From: Chrysomallon squamiferum
Lineage: Eukaryota; Animalia; Mollusca
Direction: 5' to 3'
Length of the DNA stretch: 64,000 bases
Assembly: GCA_012295275.1 (NCBI GenBank)
Contig: CM022668.1
Location: 14,632,001 to 14,696,000, forward strand
The translations under genes and the position numbers were made by a program. Shown in pieces: positions 1-11,853 of the stretch. The first letter of the stretch is position 1, and the number at the start of each line of letters is the position of its first letter. The notes beneath the pieces were generated by a model that worked only from the letters and a program-made list of their open reading frames with translations, was not told where the DNA came from and did no database searches.

Positions 1-494
1 ATAAGATTTTATTTATTTTCTTATTCGAAAGCGGTGGTCTCTTTAAACAATTATTCATTCATTTGTTGCTTATTTATATATCTCTGTATCTCTATATCTA
101 TCTATATATCTCTCTATCTCTCTATCTATCTATCTATCTATGTATCTATCTATCTATCTATCGATCTATGTATCTATCTATATCTATCTATCTCTCTATC
201 TATTTATGTATCTATCTATCTATCAATCTCTATATCTACCTATCTATCTATCTATTTACTTATTTACCCCACTTATTCTTAGCATTTTGCTGAGACACGA
301 ATTATTACTATTTTTTTAAATCTGTTGTTAGGTAAATAAGTAAAGTAATGATTTAATGATAATCACCTTTTTTCTAAACGCTTCCCTAATTCAGAAACTG
401 AAATATTTTCATCATCTAGAATATAATTCGAAAAGTGTAAGTTTTTGTCTCTGTATATAATTATATCCGTCTATCTATGTACGAATGTACGTAC

Positions 495-566
495 CGTTTT
501 TGATGGCTGGAATCTTTGCAATGACTGCACTTGTTTTGGTGGCTTCGTATGTACTGGAGCGGTAGA
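495..566 (-). CDS. Putative 72-nt phase 0-0 exon, copy A1 (STAPVHTKPPKQVQSLQRFQPSKT)
   Basis: Minus strand: pyrimidine tract ttttacctttctttttaaaagtctcAG|TCTACC...AAAACG|GTacgt. 24 codons, no stop. Confidence 0.55.
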
Positions 567-1212
567 CTGAGACTTTTAAAAAGAAAGGTAAAATGAACAT
601 ATAAAACGAAAATCAAAATTTTATTGCAAAATTACTGTAGATGTGTTTTTGATTGAATTTGTGTACATATATGTGTACGCATACCTGCACATATTATGTA
701 ATATAACTTTATAAATATAAGATTTTATTTATTTTCTTATTCGAAAGCGGTGGTCTCTTTAAACAATTATTCATTCATTTGTTGCTTATTTATATATCTC
801 TGTATCTCTATATCTATCTATATATCTCTCTATCTCTCTATCTATCTATCTATCTATGTATCTATCTATCTATCTATCGATCTATGTATCTATCTATATC
901 TATCTCTCTCTCTATCTATTTATGTATCTATCTATCTATCAGTCTCTATATCTACCTATCTATCTATCTATTTACTTATTTACCCCACTTATTCTTAGCA
1001 TTTTGCTGAGACACGAATTATTACTATTTTTTTAAATCTGTTGTTAGGTAAATAAGTAAAGTAATGATTTAATGATAATCACCTTTTTTTTCTAAACGCT
1101 TCCCTAATTCAGAAACTGAAATATTTTCATCATCTAGAATATAATTCGAAAAGTGTAAGTTTTTGTCTCTGTATATAATTATATCCGTCTATCTATGTAC
1201 GAATGTACGTAC

Positions 1213-1284
1213 CGTTTTTGATGGCTGGAATCTTTGCAATGGCTGCACTTGTTTTGGTGGCTTCGTATGTACTGGAGCGGTAGA
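1213..1284 (-). CDS. Putative 72-nt exon, copy A2 (STAPVHTKPPKQVQPLQRFQPSKT)
   Basis: Same AG acceptor, GTACGT donor, exactly 72 nt. Confidence 0.55.
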
Positions 1285-1930
1285 CTGAGACTTTTAAAAA
1301 GAAAGGTAAAATGAACATATAAAACGAAAATCAAAATTTTATTGCAAAATTACTGTAGATGTGTTTTTGATTGAATTTGTGTACATATATGTGTACGCAT
1401 ACCTGCACATATTATGTAATATAACTTTATAAATATAAGATTTTATTTATTTTCTTATTCGAAAGCGGTGGTCTCTTTAAACAATTATTCATTCATTTGT
1501 TGCTTATTTATATATCTCTGTATCTCTATATCTATCTATATATCTCTCTATCTCTCTATCTATCTATCTATCTATGTATCTATCTATCTATCTATCGATC
1601 TATGTATCTATCTATATCTATCTCTCTCTCTATCTATTTATGTATCTATCTATCTATCAGTCTCTATATCTACCTATCTATCTATCTATTTACTTATTTA
1701 CCCCACTTATTCTTAGCATTTTGCTGAGACACGAATTATTACTATTTTTTTTAAATCTGTTGTTAGGTAAATAAGTAAAGTAATGATTTAATGATAATCA
1801 CCTTTTTTTCTAAACGCTTCCCTAATTCAGAAACTGAAATATTTTCATCATCTAGAATATAATTCGAAAAGTGTAAGTTTTTGTCTCTGTATATAATTAT
1901 ATCCGTCTATCTATGTACGAATGTACGTAC

Positions 1931-2002
1931 CGTTTTTGATGGCTGGAATCTTTGCAATGACTGCACTTGTTTTGGTGGCTTCGTATGTACCGGAGCGGTA
2001 GA
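1931..2002 (-). CDS. Putative 72-nt exon, copy A3 (STAPVHTKPPKQVQSLQRFQPSKT)
   Basis: AG/GTACGT bounded. The CCA>CCG change is synonymous in the proposed frame. Confidence 0.55.
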
Positions 2003-2582
2003 CTGAGACTTTTAAAAAGAAAGGTAAAATGAACATATAAAACGAAAATCAAAATTTTATTGCAAAATTACTGTATATCTGTTTTTGATTGAATTTGTGT
2101 ACATATATGTGTACGCATACCTGCACATATTATGTAATATATCTTTATAAATATAAGATTTTATTTATTTTCTTATTCGAAAGCGGTGGTGTCTTTAAAC
2201 AATTATTCATTCATTTGTTGCTTATTTATCTATCTACGTATCTATCTCTCTATTTGTCTATCTATCTATCTATGTATCTATCCATTTATCTATCTATTTA
2301 TGTATCTATCTATCTATCTACCTACCTATCTATCTATCTATTTGCTCATTTAGCCCGCTTATTCTTAGCATTTTGCTGAGACACGAATTATTACTATTTT
2401 TTTTAAATCTGTTGTTAGGTAAATAAGTAAAGTAATGATTTAATGATAATCACCTTTTTTTCTAAACGCTTCCCTAATTCAGAAACTGAAATATTTTCAT
2501 CATCTAGAATATAATTCGAAAAGTGTAAGTTTTTGTCTCTGTATATAATTATATCCGTCTATCTATGTACGAATGTACGTAC

Positions 2583-2654
2583 CGTTTTTGATGGCTGGAA
2601 TCTTTGCAATGGCTGCACTTGTTTTGGTGGCTTCGTATGTACTGGAGCGGTAGA
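2583..2654 (-). CDS. Putative 72-nt exon, copy A4 (STAPVHTKPPKQVQPLQRFQPSKT)
   Basis: AG/GTACGT bounded, 72 nt. Confidence 0.55.
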
Positions 2655-3243
2655 CTGAGACTTTTAAAAAGAAAGGTAAAATGAACATATAAAACGAAAA
2701 TCAAAATTTTATTGCAAAATTACTGTAGATGTGTTTTTGATTGAATTTGTGTACATATATGTGTACGCATACCTGCACATATTATGTAATATAACTTTAT
2801 AAATATAAGATTTTATTTATTTTCTTATTCGAAAGCGGTGGTCTCTTTAAACAATTATTCATTCATTTGTTGCTTATTTATATATCTACGTATCTGTCTC
2901 TGTATTTGTCTATCTATCTATCTATCTATCTATGTATCTATCCATTTATTTATCGATTTATGTATGTATCTATCTATCTACCTACCTATCCATCTATCTA
3001 TTTACTTATTTACCCCACTTGTTCTTAGCATTTTGCTGAGAAACGAATTTTTTTTTTTTTTTTTTAATTCTGTTGTTAGGTAAATAAGTAAAGTAATGGT
3101 TTAATGATAATCACCTTTTGTTCTAAACGCTTCCCTAATTCAGAAACTGAAATATTTTCATCATCTAGAATATAATTCGAAAAGTGTAAAGTTTTGTCTC
3201 TGTATATAATTATATCCGTCGATCTATGTAGGAATGTATGTAC

Positions 3244-3315
3244 CTTTTTTGATGGCTGGACTCTTTGCAATGGCTGCACTTGTTTTGGTGGCTTCGTATG
3301 TACTGGAGCGGTAGA
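3244..3315 (-). CDS. Putative 72-nt exon, copy A5 (STAPVHTKPPKQVQPLQRVQPSKK)
   Basis: AG acceptor, AAG|GTACAT donor, 72 nt. Confidence 0.5.
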
Positions 3316-3573
3316 CTGAGACTTTTAAAAAGAAAGGTAAAATGAACATATAAAACGAAAATCAAAATTTTATTGCAAAATTACTGTTATCTGTTTTTGA
3401 TTGAATTTGTGTACATATGTGTGTATGCATACCTGCACATATTATGTAATATAACTTTATAAATATAAGATTTTATTTATTTTCTTATTCGAAAGCGGTG
3501 GTGTCTTTAAACAATTATTCATTCATTTGTTGCTTATTTATATATCTACGTGTCTGTCTCTCTATTTGTCTAC

Positions 3574-3634
<61 letters not shown>

Positions 3635-3930
3635 AATTTATCTATCTATTTATGCATCTATCTATCTATCTACCTACCTATCCATCTATCTATTTACTTA
3701 TTTACCCCACTTATTCTTAGCATTTTGCTGAGACACGAATTATTATTTTTTAAATCTGTTGTTAGGTAAATAAGTAAAGTAATGATTTAATGATAATCAC
3801 CTTTTGTTCTAAACGCTTCCCTAATTCAGAAACTGAAATATTTTCATCATCTAGAATATAATTCGAAAAGCGTAAGTTTTTGTCTTTGTATAAAAGTGTA
3901 TCCGTCTTATCTATGTACGAATGTATTTAC

Positions 3931-4002
3931 CTTTTTTGATGGCTGGACTCTTTGCAATGGCTGCACTTGTTTTGGTGGCTTCGTATGTACTGGAGCGGTA
4001 GA
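3931..4002 (-). CDS. Putative 72-nt exon, copy A6 (STAPVHTKPPKQVQPLQRVQPSKK)
   Basis: AG acceptor, AAG|GTAAAT donor, 72 nt. Confidence 0.55.
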
Positions 4003-4855
4003 CTGAGACTTTTAAAAAGAAAGGTAAAATGAACATATAAAACGAAAATCAAAATTGGATTGCAAAATTACTGTATATCTGTTTTTGATTGAATTTGTGT
4101 ACATATATGTGTACGCATACCTGCACATATTACGTAACATAACTTTATAAATATAACATATTTTTTATTTTCTTATTCAAAAGCGGTGGTGTCTTTAAAC
4201 AATTATTCACTCATTTGTTGCTTATCTATCTACCTACCTATTTATCTATCTATCTACCTATCTATCTATCGGTCTATGTATGTATGTATGTATGTATCTC
4301 TCTATCTCTCTGTTTACTTATTTACCCCACTTATTCTTAGCATTTTGTTCAGACACGAATCACATTATGCTTTTTTTAAATCTGTTATCAGGTAAATAAT
4401 TAAAGTAATGATTTAATGATGCTCACCTTTTGTTCAAAACGCTTCTTTAATTCAGAAACTGAAATATTTTCATCATCTAGAATATAATTCGAAAAGTGTA
4501 AGTTTTTGTCTTTGTATATAATTATATCCGTCTTATCTATGTACGAATATATGTGTAAATGTATGAATGAATGTTTGCATTTTTCTTCCTATGTATCTTC
4601 AAACCTACCTGTCTATACATGAGGAAACAAATAAGGAATACCCAATTCACAGACCTATAATGGTGTGAATTAAGAAAACAGCGCATTTTCCTGAATAATG
4701 TATTGCTGAATAACATGACTTTAGTGGAGGTACTGAATACACATACAACAACAAGCAGTGCTCGTGAAATGCCATTGTTGAAATCAGGTTTGTTTTAATT
4801 ATATGTCATATTCTCTCCTGTCAGTTTGCACTGAATATTCAGTATAATCATTGTC

Positions 4856-5283
4856 ATGGCACGTCGTAAACTGTAAGACTCTACAACGTGACAGATTATT
4901 GACATCAGAAATGCAGGACTGTCCCTCAGCCAAATTGGACGTCAATATCAGTGCAGTATTTCAGCATTTCAAGAGAGATTAACAAAGACAGGGTTGTCAC
5001 TGATGTTAGAGATCGTCCAAGAGCTGGCAGAGCCCGGAAGACGACAATAAGAGAGTTCAGAACATAGCTGAGTCTTGCTAGATTCCTTTCACGGAACACA
5101 AGCACATCTTTGAAACAGCAGTGGTTACCAGGGACAGCTATTTTCTACAGTACTGTCAGGAATCTGCTAAAAGCAGAAAGATACAGGGCCAGAAGACAGA
5201 TCAAATCTATAAAACTGTCTTCAGCTCACAAAGCAGCACGACTTGTCTGATGTAATCAACGTGTTCGCTGGAACACTGCAACT
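4856..5283 (+). mobile_element. Tc1/mariner transposase N-terminal remnant (pseudogenised), copy 1
   Basis: Reads MARRKL*DSTT*QIIDIRNAGLSLSQIGRQ...DRPRAGRARKTT...TVRNLLKAERYRARR...LSSAHKAARLV*C. This matches the paired-like HTH, GRPR-like motif and HKxARLxWC pattern of Tc1 transposases, with stops and a frameshift. Confidence 0.88.
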
Positions 5284-5337
5284 TTTCATACGACAGCGCT
5301 GTGCTCATTGTTGCTTGAGATAAAGGTCTGCAAGTTA

Positions 5338-6050
5338 CAGTGCCGTATTATCCTTACTTCGAGCTTTTTGTGGCACTGATCATCTCCGACCGCCCCTCCG
5401 CGCCAATTTCAAACTCTCCTTTCGTGCAATGTATTGCAATAATATTATACATCAAGTAAATATTTGAGCAACAAAGAAAATAATATCATCTTATCAGACA
5501 ACCTTTAATTAGCATGAAGCAAAGGCACATCGAAATATCGGTAGTGTACTCTAAAGTTAAATAGACATATTCCTACAAAGGTATCTAGGTAATTAAACAT
5601 TTATCTCGTTAATGTGTCAACAAATATATCTAGAATATTGTTAAAATTTAATTTCCAGAGGACAGATGAGTCTATATTCATTAATGCCAAATCACTCAGC
5701 GTTTTATCTTTTGACTCGATCACAGGTAGCTGTTTAAGAGCAGAAAATGAGCTCTCGCCAGAACAGTTTGTATCGAGAAGTGAGAAGAAAATATATAAAA
5801 AATATATACATTTTTGGAAACGTTTCTTTCATTTAATTTTTAGCAGTTTACGATTGGATCGATGGGTGGGGGGTAACCCCCACTCGGCTCTGAATATTTA
5901 TCAAAATTTAGCATAAATTTACCCAGCATTTCTGTTTTATGTAGATTAACTCACCCTTAGCATCTCTCGTATCAACGAGAAAATTAATTTCACTGACGCG
6001 CATGAAGCGTTTGCCGCGCACATAGTTATGTCATTTAACACTAAGAGAGA
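5338..6050 (-). mobile_element. Non-autonomous hAT element remnant (one TIR plus transposase C-terminal dimerisation-domain fragment)
   Basis: TIR-like CAGTGCCGTATTATCCTTA at 5338. Minus strand ~5610-5830 reads ETFP...TNCSGESSFSALK...LSDLALMNIDSSVLWKLNFNNILD with frameshifts. Near-identical copies at ~9099-9800 and ~12336-13040. Confidence 0.8.
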
Positions 6051-6981
6051 AAATGAAAAAGGTTGCAAATATCTGTTGTTAAAATATATAGATATATATA
6101 TAATAAGTTTAAAAATTAAAAAAGAAGAACATGAACTCCACTAATACTAAGCCAGTAAATAATAATTTTTCATTGCACTATTAAATATTCTAAGTCTAAG
6201 TAAGAAATATATTCTTTTGTGTAATTGTGTCTATATTTCTGTAAGTCTGTGTATCGGTATAAGTATTATTCCTCTTTTTCTCGTTTTTTCCTGCTCTTGT
6301 TATTGATTCAATTAAATAATCACTATCATGAACATTATGGTCATTTCAATTAACTTAATCACTAATACTACGATATTACAACTACTATCATTACAACTCT
6401 ACTCTTACTGCCTCTCAAACCACTGTTACTAGTACAACCATTGTATCACACCCACTGATATCACTCTCTACAAATACTATTACTACTCTCTCTACAACTA
6501 TTATTATTACTCTCTCTACAGCTATTTCTACTACTTCTTTACAAATACTGTTACCATTCTATACAACTACTCTTACTACTCTCTAAAACTGCTATTACTA
6601 TTCTCTCTAAAACTACAATTACTACTCTTGTAACAATTACTCTTAGTAGTCTGTCTACAGCTACCATTACTACTATCTATACAACTAATATTACTACGTT
6701 CTACAAAATCTATTACTAATATCTCAATAACTAATATTACTACTTTCTCCACAATTATTACTACTATCTCTACAGCTACTTCTACCACTCCTACTACTGT
6801 TACAATAATTACTGGTTTAATTAATGCAACTGCTGTCACTTCTAGTATTCTTGCGGCGACATGGTGTAGTAAAACTGTTACAAATATATACTACATGAAT
6901 GACGATTCAGCATTTACCATTTTGCGTATTATTGAAGTATTTTTCTTGAATAATCAATATTACAAACTATGATACACATAC

Positions 6982-7156
6982 CCTTTGATAAATCTGAACC
7001 ATATTTTGGCTCGACGTATTCTGACGGTTGGATTTCTTTTGATAGCTCGACTTGTAATTCCTGGACTTCTGGTGATCGTTCCACCTTTTTTGATGGCTGG
7101 ACTCTTTGCAATGGCTGCACTTGTTTTGGTGGCTTCGTATGTAGTGGAGCTGTAGA
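6982..7156 (-). CDS. Putative 175-nt phase 0-1 exon B1 (STAPLHTKPPKQVQPLQRVQPSKKVERSPEVQELQVELSKEIQPSEYVEPKYGSDLSK), parent of the 72-nt exons and probable penultimate exon of a GIMAP gene
   Basis: Same acceptor as the A exons, donor AAGG|GTATGT, 58 codons + 1 nt. The following intron (6240-6910) is homologous to the intron upstream of the GIMAP exon at 53904. Confidence 0.6.
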
Positions 7157-7737
7157 CTGAGACTTTTAAAAAGAAAGGTAAAATGAACATATAAAACGAA
7201 AATCAAAATTTTATTGCAAAATTACTGTATATCTGTTTTTGATTGAATTTGTGTACATATATGTGTACGCATACCTGCACATATTATGTAATATATCTTT
7301 ATAAATATAAGATTTTATTTATTTTCTTATTCGAAAGCGGTGGTGTCTTTAAACAATTATTCATTCATTTGTTGCTTATTTATCTATCTACGTATCTATC
7401 TCTCTATTTGTCTATCTATCTATCTATGTATCTATCCATTTATCTATCTATTTATGTATCTATCTATCTATCTACCTACCTATCTATCTATCTATTTGCT
7501 CATTTAGCCCGCTTATTCTTAGCATTTTGCTGAGACACGAATTATTATTATTTTTTTTAAACCTGTTGTTAGGTAAATAAGTAAAGTAATGGTTTAATGA
7601 TAATCACCTTTTGTTCTAAACGCCTCCCTAATTCAGAAACTGAAATATTTTCATCATCTAGAATATAATTCGAAAAGTGTAAGTTTTTGTCTCTGTATAT
7701 AATTGTATCCGTCTTATCTATGTACGAATGTATTTAC

Positions 7738-7809
7738 CTTTTTTGATGGCTGGACTCTTTGCAATGGCTGCACTTGTTTTGGTGGCTTCGTATGTACTGG
7801 AGCGGTAGA
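7738..7809 (-). CDS. Putative 72-nt exon, copy A7 (STAPVHTKPPKQVQPLQRVQPSKK)
   Basis: AG acceptor, AAG|GTAAAT donor, 72 nt. Confidence 0.55.
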
Positions 7810-8616
7810 CTGAGACTTTTAAAAAGAAAGATAAAATGAACATATGAAACGAAATCCAAAATTTTATTGCAAAATTACTGTATATCTGTTTTTGATTGAA
7901 TTTGTGTACATATGTGTGTACGCATACCTGCACATATTATGTAATATAACTTTATAAATATAAGATTTTATTTATTTTCTTATTCGAAATCGGTGTTCTC
8001 TTTAACATATTATGTATTCATTTGTTGCTTATCTCCCTACCTATATGTCTATGTACCTATCTATGTATCTGTTTACTTATTTACCGCACTTATTCTTAGC
8101 GTTTTGTTCAGACACGAATTGTTATTATTATTTTTTTTTAATCTGTTGTTAGGTAAATAATTAAAGTAATGATTTAATGATGCTCACCTTTTGTTGAAAA
8201 CGGTTCCCTAATTCAGAAACTGAAATATTTTCATCATCTAGAACAAAATTCGAAAAGTGTAAGTTTTTGTCTCTGTATATAATTGTATCCGTCTTATCTA
8301 TGTACGAATGTATGTGTCAGTGTATGAATGAATGTTTGCATTTTTCTTCCTATGTATCTTCAAACCTACCTGTCTATACATGAGGAAACAAATAAGGAAT
8401 ACCCAATTCACAGACCTATAATGGTGTGAATTAAGAAAACAGCGCATTTTCCTGAATAATGTATTGCTGAATAACATGACTTTAGTGGAGGTACTGAATA
8501 CACATACAACAACAAGCAGTGCTCGTGAAATGTCATTGTTGAAATCAGGTTTGTTTTAATTATATGTCATATTCTCTCCTGTCAGTTTGCACTGAATATT
8601 CAGTATAATCATTGTC

Positions 8617-9044
8617 ATGGCACGTCGTAAACTGTAAGACTCTACTACGTGACAGATTATTGACATCAGAAATGCAGGACTGTCCCTCAGCCAAATTGGA
8701 CGTCAATATCAGTGCAGTATTTCAGCATTTCAAGAGAGATAAACAAAGACAGGGTTGTCACTGATGTTAGAGATCGTCCAAGAGCTGGCAGAGTCCGGAA
8801 GACGACAATAAGAGATTACAGAACATAGCTGAGTCTTGCTAGATTCCTTTCAGGGAACACAAGCACATCTTTAAAACAGCAGTGGTTACCAGGGACAGCT
8901 ATTTTCTACAGTACTGTCAGGAATCTACTAAAAGCAGAAAGATACAGGGCCAGAAGACAGATCAAATCTATAAAACTGTCTTCAGCTCACAAAGCAGCAC
9001 GACTTGTCTGATGTAATCAACGTGTTCGCTGGAACACTGCAACT
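8617..9044 (+). mobile_element. Tc1/mariner transposase remnant, copy 2
   Basis: Near-identical to 4856-5283, with the same stops. Confidence 0.88.
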
Positions 9045-9842
9045 TTTCATACGACAGCGCAGTGCTCATTGTTGCTTGAGATAAAGGTCTGCAAGTTACA
9101 GTGCCGTATTATTCTTACTTCGAGCTTTTTTTGGCACTGATCATCCCTGACCGCCCCTCCGCGCCAATTTCAAACTCTCCTTTCGTGCAATGTATTGGAA
9201 TAATATTATACATCAAGTAAATATTTGAGCAACAAAGAAAATAATATCATCTTATCAGACAACCTTTAATTAGCATGAAGCAAAGGCACATCAAAATATC
9301 GGTAGTGTACTGGAAAGTTAAAAACACCTATTCCTATAAAGGTATCTAGGTACTTAAACATTTATCTCGTTAATGCGTGAACAAATTGATCTAGAATATT
9401 GTTAAAATTTAATTTCCAGAGGACAGATGAGTCTATATCCATTAATGCCAAATCACTGAGCGTTTTATCTTTCAGACTCGATCAGAGGTAGCTGTTTAGG
9501 AGCAGAAAATGAGCTCTCTCCAGAACAGTTTGTATCGAGAAGTGATAAGGGAATATATAAAAGATATATACATTTTTGGAAACGTTTCTTGCATTTAATT
9601 TTAGCAGTTTAAGATTGGGTCGGTGGGTGGGGGTAACCCCCATTCGGCCCTGAATATTTATCAAAATTTAGCATAAATTTACCCAGCATTTCTGTTTTAT
9701 GTAGATTAACTCACCCTTAGCATCTCTCGTATGAAAGAGAAAATTAATTTCGTTGACCCGCATTAAGCGTTTGCCGTGTACATAGTTATGTCATTTAACA
9801 CCAAGAGAGAAAAAGAAATTGGTTGCAAATATCTGTCGTTAA

Positions 9843-9863
9843 ATAATAATGATGATAATAATG

Positions 9864-9938
<75 letters not shown>
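9843..9938. repeat. (AAT)n microsatellite
   Basis: Direct inspection. Paralogous tract at 13083-13168. Confidence 0.95.
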
Positions 9939-9939
<1 letters not shown>

Positions 9940-10811
9940 TTTCAAATTTAAAAAAAAAGAACATGACCTGCACTAATACTAAGCCAGTAAATAATAATTT
10001 TTCATTGCACTATTAAATATTCTAATTCTAAGTAAGAAATATATTCTTTTGTGTAATTGTGTCTATATTTCTGTAAGTCTGTGTATCGGTATAAGTATTA
10101 TTCCTCTTTTTCTCGTTTTTTCCTGCTCTTGTTATTGATTCAATTAAATAATCACTATCATGAACATTATGGTCATTTCAATTAACTTAATCACTAATAC
10201 TACGATATTACAACTACTATCATTACAACTCTACTCTTACTGCCTCTCAAACCACTGTTACTAGTACAACCATTGTATCACACCCACTGATATCACTCTC
10301 TACAAATACTATTACTACTCTCTCTACAACTATTATTATTACTCTCTACAACTATTTCTACTACTTCTTTACAAATACTGTTACCAGTCTGTACAACTAC
10401 TCTTACTACTCTCTAAAACTGCTATTACTATTCTCTCTAAAACTACAATTACTACTCTTGCAACAATTACTCTTAGTAGTCTGTCTACAGCTACCATTAC
10501 TACTATCTATACAACTAATATTACTACGTTCTACAAAATCTATTACTACTATCTCAATAACTAATATTACTACTTTCTCCACAATTATTACTACTATCTC
10601 TACAGCTACTTCTACCACTCCTACTACTGTTACAATAATTACTGGTTTAATTAATGCAACTGCTGTCACTTCTAGTATTCTTGCGGCGACATGGTGTAGT
10701 AAAACTGTTACAAATATATACTACATGAATGACGATTCAGCATTTACCATTTTGCGTATTATTGAAGTATTTTTCTTGAATAATCAATATTACAAACTGT
10801 GATACACATAC

Positions 10812-10986
10812 CCTTTGATAAATCTGAACCATATTTTGGCTCGACGTATTCTGACGGTTGGATTTCTTCTGATAGCTCGACTTGTAATTCCTGGACTTCT
10901 GGTGATCGTTCCACCTTTTTTGATGGCTGGACTCTTTGCAATGGCTGCACTTGTTTTGGTGGCTTCGTATGTAGTGGAGCTGCAGA
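10812..10986 (-). CDS. Putative 175-nt phase 0-1 exon B2 (SAAPLHTKPPKQVQPLQRVQPSKKVERSPEVQELQVELSEEIQPSEYVEPKYGSDLSK)
   Basis: Duplicate of 6982-7156 with an intact AG acceptor and GTATGT donor. Confidence 0.6.
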
Positions 10987-11853
10987 CTGAGACTTTTAAA
11001 AAGAAAGGTAAAATGAACATATAAAACGAAAATCAAAATTTTATTGCAAAATTACTGTAGATGTGTTTTTGATTGAATTTGTGTACATATATGTGTACGC
11101 ATACCTGCACATATTATGTAATATAACTTTATAAATATAAGATTTTATTTATTTTCTTATTCGAAAGGGGTGGTCCCTTTAAACAATTATTCATTCATTT
11201 GTTGCTTATTTATATATCTACGTATCTATCTCTCTATTTATCTATCTATCTATCCATTTATCTATCTATTTATGTATCTATCTATCTATCTACCTACCTA
11301 TCTATCTATCTATTTACTCATTTAGCCCGCTTATTCTTAGCATTTTTCTGAGACACGAATTATTATTATTTTTTTTAATCTGTTGTTAGGTAAATAATTA
11401 AAGTAATGATTTAATGATGCTCACCTTTTGTTGAAAACGCTTCTTTAATTCAGAAACTGAAATATTTTCATCATCTAGAACAAAATTCGAAAAGTGTAAG
11501 TTTTTGTCTCTGTATATAATTGTATCCGTCTTATCTATGTACGAATGTATGTGTCAGTGTATGAATGAATGTTTGCATTTTTCTTACTATATATCTTGAA
11601 ACCTATCTATTTATACATGAGGACAAAAATAAGCAATACCCAATTCACAGACCTATAATTGTGTGAATTAAGAAAACAGCGCATTTTCCTGAATAATGTA
11701 TTGCTGAATAACATGACTTTAGTGGAGGTACTGAATACACATACAACAACAAGCAGTGCTCGTGATATGTCATTGTTGAAATCAGGTTTGTTTTAATTAT
11801 ATGTCATATTCTCCCCTGTCAGTTTGCACTGAATATTCAGTATAATCATTGTC

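Larger units (their letters stand above)
1..4550. repeat. Tandem array of ~650-720 bp units (about 6.5 copies, runs off the left edge), each with a (TATC)n tract and a cryptic 72-nt exon
   Basis: Anchor ATAAGATTTTATTTATTTTCTTATTC recurs at 1, 717, 1435, 2153, 2805, 3465 and ~4153. Unit length varies mainly in the TATC tract. Confidence 0.97.

Noticed and set aside
34-4395. Plus-strand ORFs rich in YLSI repeats
   Set aside because: They are translations of the (TATC)n microsatellite in each tandem unit.
1-4550. CRISPR-like repeat-spacer reading of the array
   Set aside because: Units are ~700 bp and near-identical throughout, there are no unique spacers or cas genes, and the context is eukaryotic.
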